Shown here piece after piece: positions 39,348 to 49,899 of a stretch of 64,000 bases of DNA (positions are counted from its first letter, which is position 1; every line of letters begins with the position of its first letter). Origin of the DNA: Candidatus Peregrinibacteria bacterium (GTDB taxonomy: Bacteria > Patescibacteriota > Gracilibacteria > UBA1369 > UBA12463); contig JAPLYO010000016.1 in NCBI GenBank assembly GCA_026395555.1, positions 8,412 to 72,411 of the forward strand, read 5' to 3'. The notes beneath the pieces were generated by a model. The model had not been told where the DNA came from, did no database searches, and saw nothing but the letters and a program-made list of their open reading frames with translations. Both the position numbers and the translations under genes were made by a program.

Positions 39348-40404
39348 CGATAAGGAGTGTAAGCACCAACGGGCCAAGAACAAGACCAGGGAATCCCCAA
39401 ACATAGATACCGCCGATAACACAGAGGAATGTAAGCAGTGAGTATGTCTTCGCAGATGAACCGATAAGATAGGGCAAAAGAAAGTTATCAATAGTACTAA
39501 CCAGGAGAATACTCCATGCAAAAAGGAAAACCGCCTGACCGACACTGCCGGTAAAAAGAAGGATGAGAACGGCTGGAACCCATACAAAAGCCGTACCAAT
39601 ATAAGGCGCTAGAGCAAAAAACGCCATGACCGTACCCCACAGAACCGGCTGACTGATGCCGACGAGCGCAAAACCAATTCCACCCAAAAAGCCCTGGACG
39701 ATAGCCGTAAAGAAGGTGCCATAGAGCGTAGCATTCGTCATGGTTCTGAGGCGGCTAAATAACTTCTTCTCATAAGGCTCAGGAAGCGGACTCAGCGCCA
39801 TAATTTTTTTCACAATAATTCCTCCATCTTTAATGAAGTAAAACATAGCAAAAAGCATAATCAAGAAGTTCACAAAGAACCCAAGAATGCCGGTAACAAA
39901 TCCCTGAACCTGAGAAATAAGAAGACTACTAATATCTTTTACGAAGGAGGTGATCTGTCCGGAAATATCCCAACTCGTAGGATCAAAACCGGGAAAGACG
40001 CGAGTATACCAGTCAAAAACCGGACCGCTATGTTGCCACTGAAAAAGTGGGTCTAGAAAGCCCTGACTAAGCTTATGTTGAAGTAAGATATACATATTCA
40101 CCGCCTCACCAGCGAGGAGAAATACGAGGACGATAAAAGGAACAACGATCAAGAGTGTAATTAAGATACAGGTGATAAAAGACGCGAGCGCATCATGTTT
40201 TACATGCTTACGCAAAGCCCTATACACCGGATGAAAAGCCGTCGCCAAAACGGCGGCAAAAATTAAGACGGTTGAAAACGGTGCAAGCAAAATCAGGAGA
40301 TAATAAAGCGCAATAAGAAGACAAGCGAGAAGGAAATAAGCAGGAACCGCGCTAATCTTTAACGTGCTGTCATGAAATTTTTTGCGAAGAGAACGTTTTT
40401 CCAT
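39280..40404 (-). CDS. AI-2E family transporter
   Basis: Polytopic membrane protein; PYIGTAFVWVP, IDNFLLP, GGIYVWGFPGLVLGP. Confidence 0.92.
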   Translation of the reverse strand: MEKRSLRKKFHDSTLKISAVPAYFLLACLLIALYYLLILLAPFSTVLIFAAVLATAFHPVYRALRKHVKHDALASFITCILITLLIVVPFIVLVFLLAGEAVNMYILLQHKLSQGFLDPLFQWQHSGPVFDWYTRVFPGFDPTSWDISGQITSFVKDISSLLISQVQGFVTGILGFFVNFLIMLFAMFYFIKDGGIIVKKIMALSPLPEPYEKKLFSRLRTMTNATLYGTFFTAIVQGFLGGIGFALVGISQPVLWGTVMAFFALAPYIGTAFVWVPAVLILLFTGSVGQAVFLFAWSILLVSTIDNFLLPYLIGSSAKTYSLLTFLCVIGGIYVWGFPGLVLGPLVLTLLIAMSEIYEAEYRPLLKQLDHDDL

Positions 40405-40422
40405 AAGAGAAAATAATACAAA

Positions 40423-41055
40423 TTAAGAGGCAAAAGTGATCCAACCACAAAATACCGTTACGACACTAAGCCAAACAAGATATGGAGAGAGGAAGAGAAC
40501 GGCATACCTCGAACGTCTCCAGGATATCAGGGCAATGGCGATCATCAAGACGAGAAGCGCCAAGGCAATAACAAAAGAAACGTTCACGATATAGAGTCCG
40601 AAGAAAAACATACTCCACATGACATGAAGAATTCCCGCAAGAACAAAAAGCCACATAAGAAACATTCGTGGTCGATATGACGCGTTCCAAAGGACAACAA
40701 TAGACAAAGCCACAAATCCAAAAACGCCAGTAAGAATATATTCAAACGTTAAACTGGAGAGTTGATAGGTTGTAGCGGGAAGAGAGAAGTACCAGAGCTG
40801 AAGATCGATAAAGAACGAACTCAGTATCGAGACGAGAACAACGCAGAGGCCAACGAGAAGAATCGAAAGTGGAGATACTGCGTCGAGCCAAGCGAGAAAT
40901 CCTCCTGATCGACGAAGCGGTAAAACTTTCTTTCGTAAACTAGACGTCTTTTTCGCAACAGACGTTTTAATTTTTGTAATACTTCGCTTCGCAGAAGCAC
41001 CCAAAGGACGCTTTCGCAGAAGTGCTGCTTTCGCAGACTTCATTTTTTTCGACAT
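40423..41055 (-). CDS. TspO/MBR-family membrane protein with basic N-terminal extension
   Basis: WYFSL, WSMFFFG, PYLVWL; 5 TM segments; first ~50 aa K/R rich. Confidence 0.75.
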   Translation of the reverse strand: MSKKMKSAKAALLRKRPLGASAKRSITKIKTSVAKKTSSLRKKVLPLRRSGGFLAWLDAVSPLSILLVGLCVVLVSILSSFFIDLQLWYFSLPATTYQLSSLTFEYILTGVFGFVALSIVVLWNASYRPRMFLMWLFVLAGILHVMWSMFFFGLYIVNVSFVIALALLVLMIAIALISWRRSRYAVLFLSPYLVWLSVVTVFCGWITFAS

Positions 41056-41108
41056 AATAAAATAGAGTGAGAGGGGTGTCTCAAATATAGCACACTCGCA
41101 TATTCACA

Positions 41109-42263
41109 TCAAACATCCAAAAAAGACCAATCGGAAACGCTCTCTTTTTGCAAAAATGAAAAGACCACAGAGGGCTCATCAAGTCCAAAAAAGTATCCAG
41201 GATGGAGTAGAATTCCATGTTCCCGTAGCGCCTCGAGTACGAACTCATGCTCATCTTTCTCTCCAATAGTTCTCACTCCATAGAAACCTCCTTGGGGAAC
41301 AATAGAGTACAAACTACGCGCCGACTGAAGTCGGCGCCCAATCTCTTTCCTATAATAATCCAAAAAATCTTTCCCCTTCTCAAAAATATACGGTACGGCA
41401 AACTGCATCGGCTCGCTTGTAGCGAGAAAGGTATCGGCGATCGTCTCAAGCGCAGCAACAGCCCTACGAACCAAGCCACTATCGCCCGTAACAACCATCC
41501 AGCCAATCTTCATTCCAGGCAGAGCAAACATTTTAGAAAAACCATTCAAGGTAAAAACAAGTGGGCACGTAGCGAGCTCATTTCGCTGAGGCAGCGTTCT
41601 TGCATCCCGCAAATCACCATTATCTTCATAGACAAACTCACAAAAAACTTCATCAACAATAAGTGGAATTTTTTTAACGGTCGCTAAACTGGCGATCACC
41701 CTCACCTCATCCGTAGAAAGTACGTGACCGGTCGGATTATGAGGAGAAATCAACGTGATAGCGCGAGTTCGAGGAGTAATGCCACTGATCAGCGAGTCCA
41801 TATCTACAATCCAACGCCCATTATCAATTTTGAGATTATAATAGGTAAGCGTAACTTCTGCGAGACGAGCGATATACTCGAAAAGCGGATATGCAGGCCT
41901 CGGAACAAGAATTTCATCACCAGGATTTGCAAGAAGCTTAAAGAGGTAAAGATACGACTGGCTCGTCCCCGGAGTAATAACAACACGATCAGGAGAAGTA
42001 TTATCATCATAGTAATCAGCCACCGCCTGTCGGGCGACCAGTTGGCCTTTTGAATCAGGCTCATACTTCTTCGCCTGGGCCAGTCCACTCATGACCGCAT
42101 CATGCAAAACATCTTCCGGGAAATAAATCCCCGCATCATTGACGTTCGCGCTCGCCAAGTCATAGAGAGGTAACCCATTTTTTTCGCGCATACTTCGCAG
42201 TCGAGCAATATCATTAGGCTCTCCAGCAAAATCATCCATCGATCTGGCAAACGAAAAATCCAT
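41109..42263 (-). CDS. PLP-dependent aminotransferase class I/II
   Basis: SPHNPTG, IVDEVF, NGFSKMFALPGMKIGW. Start placed at MDFSF. Confidence 0.92.
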   Translation of the reverse strand: MDFSFARSMDDFAGEPNDIARLRSMREKNGLPLYDLASANVNDAGIYFPEDVLHDAVMSGLAQAKKYEPDSKGQLVARQAVADYYDDNTSPDRVVITPGTSQSYLYLFKLLANPGDEILVPRPAYPLFEYIARLAEVTLTYYNLKIDNGRWIVDMDSLISGITPRTRAITLISPHNPTGHVLSTDEVRVIASLATVKKIPLIVDEVFCEFVYEDNGDLRDARTLPQRNELATCPLVFTLNGFSKMFALPGMKIGWMVVTGDSGLVRRAVAALETIADTFLATSEPMQFAVPYIFEKGKDFLDYYRKEIGRRLQSARSLYSIVPQGGFYGVRTIGEKDEHEFVLEALREHGILLHPGYFFGLDEPSVVFSFLQKESVSDWSFLDV

Positions 42264-42319
42264 ACAGTAAAGGGAGAAAAACATACACAACCATAGTGTG
42301 AATATGATAGACTTTCAAC

Positions 42320-44458
42320 ATGATTATGAAAAAAAACCACCAAATTCGCATCTCCAAAAACATTACGGCACTTATTATTTCAGGCATCATAGGGCTCACT
42401 CCTCTCATGTCACTATCAGTCGAAGCAGCAACGACAAGCGGCGATATACCGACGACCGGAGCGATATCTGCTCCTCAAAAAACAACGTCTCTCAGGGAAC
42501 AACTCAAAATAAAACGTGCGCTCAGAAAAGCGGAACTTGAGAAAAGACGCGCAGCAAGACTCGCAAAATCCCGGGTATCATTCGTACCTCAAACAGGTTT
42601 TGACGAGTATCAGCTAGCAAGTCTCACGCAGGACACCTATGAAAACTCTCCCAAACCAACGAAAAAAACAGGACCGACCTCATCTTCTATTGATACATCA
42701 TTCTTCGCAAACATAGAGCTCAGCGAGTCGGCGCCGACGAAGTTTTTTCAAGATGAAATATATATCTTGAGTGGGAAAATCACCTCGCCCGCAAAAGTAA
42801 GCACCATGTTCGCCTTCCTCAATTATCAGGACGAGGCACAGAAAGAACAGTTCAAGAACTTTGAGACCGAAGCAAAAAACAATACTTTTTCTATTCCCCT
42901 TTATCTTAGCGACGAAGGCAGCTACTCGCTTGGCGTCGTGCCGGGGACAAATGGAAAAAGTAGAATACAGGAAATTAACGTTGCGGCTATAGGAACGACC
43001 GGCAGTGATGTCACCTCCACAAGCAACAGCGCAGCACCTCACGTCTCGTACGATGCCGCCACCGACAAGAGCTCAATCGGCTGGACAAGAAGCGAGGATG
43101 GCATATATCGAGTCACATTCGAGCAAGGATCAGAAAAAGTAACATATATCACAAGACAAAGTGTCTCATCTCTCCCTATTCGTTACGCAGATTTCAAAAA
43201 ATTCAAACCGGGAAATATAAATATCAAGATAGATGTACTACCAAAATCACTTTCAGGATCATGGAAAACCGTAGGGTCGACGACAACACCTATCGCCTAT
43301 CATGGCTTCAGGGCAATCGAAAAAAGCGCCGTAGATGTTAGCGGAAGTTTACCGGCAATCATGAACAATCTCTCTGCAATTACTATTCAGGGAACCGCTC
43401 TCGTGAATATAGAAAACGAGGGTTACATCACTAATACACAAGGACTAACGGAAAAAGTAACACTGCAAACAGATCATCCACTCGTAAATTCGCCATCGCT
43501 CTCGATCGCAAAGGGATCAACATTCTCTTTCTCTTACATGCCAAAAGTACCAGGACGCTATATCGTCGAGATAAATGACGCCGAAGGATCCGCTGCTATC
43601 AACATCCCGGTATATGTCTCCACTGGTACCCCTCTCATTCCTGACTACATCGATTTAAATGCGACGATGAAGGTAGTAAAAAAACCTACAGATATAATCA
43701 AGGACCGAGAGTATATCTTGGGACTTATCAATGACATCCGCACGGGAATGGGAAAGCAAAAAGTTACACTGAGCGCACCACTAAACTCACTGGCACAAAA
43801 ACATGCAGACGACATGGAGGCTCGAAACTTTTTCGGACACGTCAATCCCGACGGAGCCTCGCCGGATGATCGTCGAAAGCAGGCAGGAATATCAACAGAG
43901 GTAGGAGAAAATCTCGCCTACTCACCATCACTCCTCTCTTCAATGCAGGGATTACTACGTAGCCCCATTCATCGTGCAAACATCCTTGCCGATACGTGGA
44001 CCTCGGTAGGAATTGGGATTTCTCAGGATACGAGCAAAGGCGAGCTGAGAGTCGTTCAGGAATTCGCTCCAGCACCTCTCACCAACGAAGGACTTGCAAG
44101 TCTCGAATCAAACATTCTTTCAACGATAAATAGCACACGAAACTCATCTACGATTTCCAGTCTAACGGAAGACGAGACACTAAAAAATCTCGCTCAAAAA
44201 TGGAGCGATCACCTCGCGAAAACTGATGAGTTTGGACTAACAACAAAAGACGGCCAATCACTCTCTCAGCTTGTGGAAAACGCAAATCTCCAATCTACCG
44301 TTCAGATCTTCGTATTTAGCACCAATAGCACGAACAATTTAGCCTCTCGCATTCTCGAGCCTTCTTCCAGCACAGAATCAAAATGGAATAAAATCGGACT
44401 GGGCGTAAGTGTCACACCGCTTGGAGAAATTAAAATCACAACCCTCCTATCAAAGTAA
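42320..44458 (+). CDS. Secreted protein with C-terminal CAP domains (one intact, one degenerate)
   Basis: Signal peptide ending VEA; AQKHADDM..FFGH, GENLA, SPIHRANIL; second CAP-like repeat lacks the His residues. Confidence 0.85.
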   Translation: MIMKKNHQIRISKNITALIISGIIGLTPLMSLSVEAATTSGDIPTTGAISAPQKTTSLREQLKIKRALRKAELEKRRAARLAKSRVSFVPQTGFDEYQLASLTQDTYENSPKPTKKTGPTSSSIDTSFFANIELSESAPTKFFQDEIYILSGKITSPAKVSTMFAFLNYQDEAQKEQFKNFETEAKNNTFSIPLYLSDEGSYSLGVVPGTNGKSRIQEINVAAIGTTGSDVTSTSNSAAPHVSYDAATDKSSIGWTRSEDGIYRVTFEQGSEKVTYITRQSVSSLPIRYADFKKFKPGNINIKIDVLPKSLSGSWKTVGSTTTPIAYHGFRAIEKSAVDVSGSLPAIMNNLSAITIQGTALVNIENEGYITNTQGLTEKVTLQTDHPLVNSPSLSIAKGSTFSFSYMPKVPGRYIVEINDAEGSAAINIPVYVSTGTPLIPDYIDLNATMKVVKKPTDIIKDREYILGLINDIRTGMGKQKVTLSAPLNSLAQKHADDMEARNFFGHVNPDGASPDDRRKQAGISTEVGENLAYSPSLLSSMQGLLRSPIHRANILADTWTSVGIGISQDTSKGELRVVQEFAPAPLTNEGLASLESNILSTINSTRNSSTISSLTEDETLKNLAQKWSDHLAKTDEFGLTTKDGQSLSQLVENANLQSTVQIFVFSTNSTNNLASRILEPSSSTESKWNKIGLGVSVTPLGEIKITTLLSK

Positions 44459-44509
44459 ACAAGCTAAAAAACTTCCAAAAAAAGTAAAAGTAACTACAAT
44501 ACATCCACG

Positions 44510-46120
44510 ATGGACTTCAAGCGCCGTACATATCGAAGCGACCGATTAAATACCTTCGCCGTCAGGCACATACGAGATCGCCAAAAGGATTCGAGCAAAA
44601 TCCTTGAGATCCTCAAAAAAATATTCTCCTATAAGCTTCTCACGCCGAGAAATGCAATTATAGGAAGTATCATAGTTGCGTGCGTACTGCTTTTTATGGC
44701 TTACAACCTTATCCAGGGAGTGAAGTTACGAAATGTCGTATTCTCATTTGGCAAAGATCTCGCAGAGGATCAGTACGGGCACACCAATATCCTTCTCCTT
44801 GGAACAGGCGGCGGAAATCATGAAGGTGCAGACCTTACAGACACGATTATATTGGCAAGTATCGATCAAAAAACAAACCAAGCAACGCTCCTTTCCATCC
44901 CAAGAGATCTTTACATTGAAGACCTTCCAAACAAAAAATTCTCAGGAACCCGAATAAATAACCTCTATCACATCGGAAAAAACGAACTTGGAGATGAGGA
45001 ACTTGGTTTGAAGATGCTACGAGATCAGATCAAGATCATCACCAATATGGACGTCCACTACTTCGTGAAGGTAGAGTTTGCGGGTTTCAAGGAAATGGTA
45101 GACGCTCTTGGTGGAGTTGATATCAACGTTCCAAATACCATTATTGATACAGAGTACCCTATTGGAGAAAGCCAAGGATATGAGACATTTGCACTGCAGG
45201 CGGGAATGCAGCATCTAGACGGAGAAACGGCATTGAAGTATTCACGCAGCAGACACAGCACAAACGACTTCGATCGATCGAAGCGCCAACAGCTGGTGAT
45301 CTATGCCATGAAGGAAAAAGCGGAAAAAATGGGGATACTAAGTGATAGCGGAAAGGTCAAATCACTCTATGACTCACTCGGTAAATACATGGAGACTGAT
45401 CTTTCAGTCAGAGAAATAATCACACTCGCTAAAATCGGTACGCAAATCAAGCAAGACCAGATAGCCACATACACCATACATGACGACCCAACAAAATGCG
45501 GCGGACTTCTCTACACTCCACTGCGAGAGCTCTATGGTGGCGCCTCTGTGCTCATTCCGGCAGCTCCGAAATATGAGGATATTCATCGTTTAACCGATAT
45601 CGTTTTGAATCATCCTGAATTCAAAAACAGCAATATCAAGTTACAGATTCTCAACGGAACAAAAGGGCTCGGAATCGCCGCAGAAACAAAAATAATTCTC
45701 AACAGGATCTGCCTCAACGTTGCGCGATTCGGCAATGGTCAGAGTAAAAATGTCACCAAGACCACCTACTATCTCAAATCTGAAATTCCGCAAAGCGCTC
45801 TCGATGCTCTTCAGGAATTAATTCCCGGAGAAATATCACATACACCACCTCAGAAATATCTCGATATTCCCTACGCAAGTGAGGCCCAAATTATAGTGGA
45901 AATAGGCCAAGACTACCTTGCTCACAAGCTGAAAGATCCCTATGATGGCATCGTCGATTTGATACCAAAAGCAACGAGTGCGCCTATTACAGGAGAAGCC
46001 ACAGGAAAAACCGCCACTACAACGACGAAAACAGCTTCAGGATCCAAAACCACCCCGGTAAAAACTACCTCACCTACAGCCACCAGCAAAGCCAGCACCA
46101 CAACCACCAAAAAACCATGA
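44510..46120 (+). CDS. LCP (LytR-CpsA-Psr) family protein with LytR_C domain
   Basis: LTDTII, SIPRDL, YSRSRH..NDFDRSKRQQ, QILNGT; Thr/Lys-rich tail. Confidence 0.93.
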   Translation: MDFKRRTYRSDRLNTFAVRHIRDRQKDSSKILEILKKIFSYKLLTPRNAIIGSIIVACVLLFMAYNLIQGVKLRNVVFSFGKDLAEDQYGHTNILLLGTGGGNHEGADLTDTIILASIDQKTNQATLLSIPRDLYIEDLPNKKFSGTRINNLYHIGKNELGDEELGLKMLRDQIKIITNMDVHYFVKVEFAGFKEMVDALGGVDINVPNTIIDTEYPIGESQGYETFALQAGMQHLDGETALKYSRSRHSTNDFDRSKRQQLVIYAMKEKAEKMGILSDSGKVKSLYDSLGKYMETDLSVREIITLAKIGTQIKQDQIATYTIHDDPTKCGGLLYTPLRELYGGASVLIPAAPKYEDIHRLTDIVLNHPEFKNSNIKLQILNGTKGLGIAAETKIILNRICLNVARFGNGQSKNVTKTTYYLKSEIPQSALDALQELIPGEISHTPPQKYLDIPYASEAQIIVEIGQDYLAHKLKDPYDGIVDLIPKATSAPITGEATGKTATTTTKTASGSKTTPVKTTSPTATSKASTTTTKKP

Positions 46121-46146
46121 TACCCAAAAAAGAAGGCGGCGAAACC

Positions 46147-46875
46147 ATGATTCGACTCCAAAAATACCTCTCGGACTGCGGAATCTGTTCTCGCAGAAAG
46201 GCGGAATATTACATCGCCAATAACTATATTACCGTGAATGGCGAAAAAGTCACCGTCCTCGGAACGAAGATAAATCCCGCAAAGGACGTGGTACTCTTCC
46301 AGCAGAAAAGGGTAAATCCCCGCTCCAAGCACTACTACATGATTCTCAATAAGCCGGAGGGTTACACCTGCACCATGGCAGAACACAAGTCAGAGAAAAA
46401 TCTCTCCTCACTCCTTCCAAAAGTTCATCATCTCTATCCCGTAGGTCGACTTGACCGAGATAGCGAGGGCTTACTCATACTCACAACCGATGGTGATTTC
46501 GCACAAAAAATCATGCATCCAAAAAATAAGTGCGAAAAAGAATACTTCGTCATCGTTATTGGAAATGTTCTCGATGGAGATTTAGTAAAAATGCAAAAAG
46601 GTATGTTAGTTCCACTTGAAGAAAAGGGCGATATCAAGAAAAAAATGGCACGAGTAAAATCAGCAAGTATTATCAAACGAGAAACCGGACGTTCATATAT
46701 TTCCATAGTCTTAGAGGAGGGACAGAAGCGACAAATTCGACGTATGTTCCAACATCTCGGATTCCCGGTACAATACCTCAAGCGAGTTCGTATTGGCCAG
46801 ATCTCACTCGATAAGTTACCATTAGGAAAATCACGCGATCTGACACCAAGAGAAATAAATTCGTTAATCGCATAA
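46147..46875 (+). CDS. rRNA pseudouridine synthase, RsuA/RluB family
   Basis: S4 domain RLQKYL...SRRKAE, LNKP, VGRLDRDSEGL, EGQKRQIRRM. Confidence 0.95.
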   Translation: MIRLQKYLSDCGICSRRKAEYYIANNYITVNGEKVTVLGTKINPAKDVVLFQQKRVNPRSKHYYMILNKPEGYTCTMAEHKSEKNLSSLLPKVHHLYPVGRLDRDSEGLLILTTDGDFAQKIMHPKNKCEKEYFVIVIGNVLDGDLVKMQKGMLVPLEEKGDIKKKMARVKSASIIKRETGRSYISIVLEEGQKRQIRRMFQHLGFPVQYLKRVRIGQISLDKLPLGKSRDLTPREINSLIA

Positions 46876-46918
46876 GACGTACTACGTCGAAGCCTCAAAC
46901 ACTCTTACTATAAAACGT

Positions 46919-47809
46919 ATGTTCGCATCGCTCATTTCCTTCTACCTCGCGACACTCATACAAAACCTCCCGCAGCTCACCACAAATGAGATAAAACCAT
47001 CTCAGTTTCAAGATATTCTCACAGCAAGTCCGGTTCCTCAAGCGATCTCTCCATCGGGTCCAAACACGAACGATCTCAACATCCAGGCAAGTGCCTATAT
47101 TGCCGTAGACCTCAAAAGTGGAAAAACACTCATTCAAAAAAACATGAAGGAGCAGCGCTCCATTGGTAGCATCACGAAACTTATTACGGCGCTCATCATC
47201 CTCGACGAAAATAATATTAATGACGTAGTGAAGGTTCCACTCGCAGCAACCACGATCGAAGGATCAAGAATTTGGCTTGCTGAAGGGGAAAAAATAACAG
47301 TACGAGATCTGCTGAGCGGTATGCTGATTCACTCGGGCAATGACGCGGCCTACGCGCTCGCCATATACAACGCCGGAAGTGTCGAAAACTTCTTGGGGAA
47401 AATGAATGACAAGGCCAAGAGGCTCGGACTTACGCAGACTCACTTTGCTAATCCGGCCGGACTCGATCGCGACGGCAACTACTCCACGGCCGAAGATATC
47501 GCCACGCTCGGAACATTCGCCTATCGTAACGCCTTTATCCGAAGCATCGTAAGCATTCCATCGATGACCGTCTCTTCCGTAAACGGACAGTTTAAACACG
47601 AGCTCAAGAGTACCAATGAACTTCTCGTAAAAGACCCTCGCGTAAAAGGTCTCAAAACGGGATACACGCTAGAGGCCGGCAAGTCTTTTGTAAGCGTGGC
47701 AGTAGTGGGACACGGATCCCCTATTCTAACCGTCGTACTCAACAGCCCTGACCGGTTCAAGGAGACAGAAAGTCTCATCGACTGGTCGGTAGCAAATTTT
47801 ATTTGGTAA
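46919..47809 (+). CDS. dacA: D-alanyl-D-alanine carboxypeptidase (S11)
   Basis: SITK, SGN and KTG penicillin-binding motifs. Confidence 0.92.
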   Translation: MFASLISFYLATLIQNLPQLTTNEIKPSQFQDILTASPVPQAISPSGPNTNDLNIQASAYIAVDLKSGKTLIQKNMKEQRSIGSITKLITALIILDENNINDVVKVPLAATTIEGSRIWLAEGEKITVRDLLSGMLIHSGNDAAYALAIYNAGSVENFLGKMNDKAKRLGLTQTHFANPAGLDRDGNYSTAEDIATLGTFAYRNAFIRSIVSIPSMTVSSVNGQFKHELKSTNELLVKDPRVKGLKTGYTLEAGKSFVSVAVVGHGSPILTVVLNSPDRFKETESLIDWSVANFIW

Positions 47810-47822
47810 TTTATTGTATCCT

Positions 47823-48902
47823 ATGGGAAATCCACTCAATATCATTCAGCCACTTTCCATCTTCACCGGCCCACTTCGTCAGTTAACACTTATCATTGGA
47901 TCAGAGATTTTTACCTTCATCCTCGCCCTTCTTCTGGCTCCGCCCTTTATTCGATTCCTTCACTCTCACAAACTCGGAAAACAGTTGCGCATCAACGCTA
48001 CATCCGGAGAGAAGGCAACGATTTTTAACGAGTTACACGCCAAAAAAGCAGGTACACCAACGATGGGAGGTGTACTGATTTGGGGATCAGTATTAGTAAC
48101 GCTCGGATTCACACAGCTCCTCCAGTGGTTTGGCGTGATTGACCACTCCCTCATTAATCGCAATGAAACCTGGCTCCCGGTCTTCACGCTTGTCACTACG
48201 GCACTCCTCGGACTCATCGACGATTACATCAACGTCAAAGGCGAGTCCAAAGGCCTAAAGGTAAAACCAAAAATGTTCTGGCTTCTCCTATTCGCCGCCA
48301 TGGGCGCTTGGTGGTTCTACTCCAAACTCGGAGTGAACTCGATTCACATACCATTATTAGGAAATATCAATATTGGACTCTGGTATATTCCCCTCTTTAT
48401 CTTCGTCATCTCGGGCACAGCGAACGCCGTGAACTTCACCGACGGCCTCGATGGTCTCGCGGGCGGCCTCCTCATTATCGCCTTTGGTGGATTTGGCGTT
48501 ATCGCATTCGTACAGGGACTCTTCATCCTTTCAGCCTTCTGCGCCGTCATCGTCGGCGCCCTGCTCGCCTTCCTCTGGTACAACGTTCCTCCCGCCAAAT
48601 TCTACATGGGTGACACCGGTGCTCTCTCGCTCGGCGCCACGCTCGGCGTGATCGCCATGATGACCAACTCCGCCATTGCCCTCATTCTCATCGGCGCCGT
48701 CTTCGTCATCGAAACCCTTTCCGTCATCATTCAGCTCACCTCCAAAAAATTCCTCGGCCGCAAAGTCTTCCTCATCGCCCCCATCCACCACCACTTCGAA
48801 AAACTCGGCTGGCCCGAGGCCACGGTCGTCATGCGCTTCTGGATCGTTGGCGGCATGCTCGCCGTCTTAGGCGTCATCCTGAGATTAACAGGAGGGTTTT
48901 AA
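47823..48902 (+). CDS. mraY: Phospho-N-acetylmuramoyl-pentapeptide transferase
   Basis: KAGTPTMGG, NAVNFTDGLDGL, MGDTG, APIHHHFE. Confidence 0.98.
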   Translation: MGNPLNIIQPLSIFTGPLRQLTLIIGSEIFTFILALLLAPPFIRFLHSHKLGKQLRINATSGEKATIFNELHAKKAGTPTMGGVLIWGSVLVTLGFTQLLQWFGVIDHSLINRNETWLPVFTLVTTALLGLIDDYINVKGESKGLKVKPKMFWLLLFAAMGAWWFYSKLGVNSIHIPLLGNINIGLWYIPLFIFVISGTANAVNFTDGLDGLAGGLLIIAFGGFGVIAFVQGLFILSAFCAVIVGALLAFLWYNVPPAKFYMGDTGALSLGATLGVIAMMTNSAIALILIGAVFVIETLSVIIQLTSKKFLGRKVFLIAPIHHHFEKLGWPEATVVMRFWIVGGMLAVLGVILRLTGGF

Positions 48903-48911
48903 ATAGAGAGA

Positions 48912-49223
48912 ATGAAAAATAAGTCTCCCAAAAAAGATTACATCGACGAGTACAAAGACTGGCAGGACAACCAATACAATCCCGGCCACTTTACCGGTGG
49001 CCGCACTCCCATCTGGCTATCTCAGCCAGGAAAGCCAAAATTGCTAGGCACCGTCTTCGTTATTCTCGGTCTTTGCTATGGAATCTGGACAACCTATACG
49101 ATAATGCAACTATTTCAAGTAGGAGTAACAATGGAAGAAACCTTCTCAGCTACTTTTTCAAGCATCCTTTCTATCTCCCTTTTTGCAGCAGGAATAATGA
49201 TGATAAAAAAGGCGAACAAGTAA
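48912..49223 (+). CDS. Hypothetical membrane protein (2 TM)
   Basis: EYKDWQDNQYNPGHFTGG N-terminus followed by two hydrophobic segments; 9 bp after mraY. Confidence 0.7.
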   Translation: MKNKSPKKDYIDEYKDWQDNQYNPGHFTGGRTPIWLSQPGKPKLLGTVFVILGLCYGIWTTYTIMQLFQVGVTMEETFSATFSSILSISLFAAGIMMIKKANK

Positions 49224-49293
49224 TTCCAGAAAATCGGAGTTCTTTTACTATAAAAATTTGACATAAAAACAAAAATAGATAAAATACGCATTC

Positions 49294-49899
49294 ATGAATA
49301 CACTCAAAAACACTCTTGCTGCTATTGCCATAGTAACTATGCCAGCCGCAATAAGTTGTGCAAAATCAGCAACAAATTCTACGGCAGCGGAATCGACACG
49401 GGCAGAGTCAATGCCCGGCACACCGGGAAAAATTATAAATGCCAGCGCCTCTGTCACGATTATCCCCACGGAAGACAATCCATCCCAAAAAGTTCTCACG
49501 GCCGAAGAGAAACAAATGGCAACAGAGTTCGCACATGAAGTAACGAATCTCGAAGCCACGATACTACAGCAAATTGGGGCGATATTAAAAGAACAGTGCA
49601 ATAAGGATATATGGCATCTCTTCGCGGAATCGCATGCCGAAGAGGATCCAGAAGGTCACGTAACCCTAAAGGCTAAGGCTATGATCGAGCTTAAAGCCAA
49701 GCCCTCGGAGGAGGTAGAAAAATGTATGGCAGAAGTACTTCGACAACTAAAGAGAGAAGTTCGCAATAAAGATAATATGAAAAATCTCGAATGTATTTTA
49801 TCTGATGATTCCATACAAAAAGGAAACAGCGAAGAAGATCCTCGCCTCAAGTCGAACCTATATTACAAACCGGTTGGACTAGACTGCACGGTAAACTAA
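49294..49899 (+). CDS. Hypothetical lipoprotein
   Basis: Hydrophobic leader ending AISC; TTGACA...TAAAAT promoter-like pair upstream. Confidence 0.7.
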   Translation: MNTLKNTLAAIAIVTMPAAISCAKSATNSTAAESTRAESMPGTPGKIINASASVTIIPTEDNPSQKVLTAEEKQMATEFAHEVTNLEATILQQIGAILKEQCNKDIWHLFAESHAEEDPEGHVTLKAKAMIELKAKPSEEVEKCMAEVLRQLKREVRNKDNMKNLECILSDDSIQKGNSEEDPRLKSNLYYKPVGLDCTVN

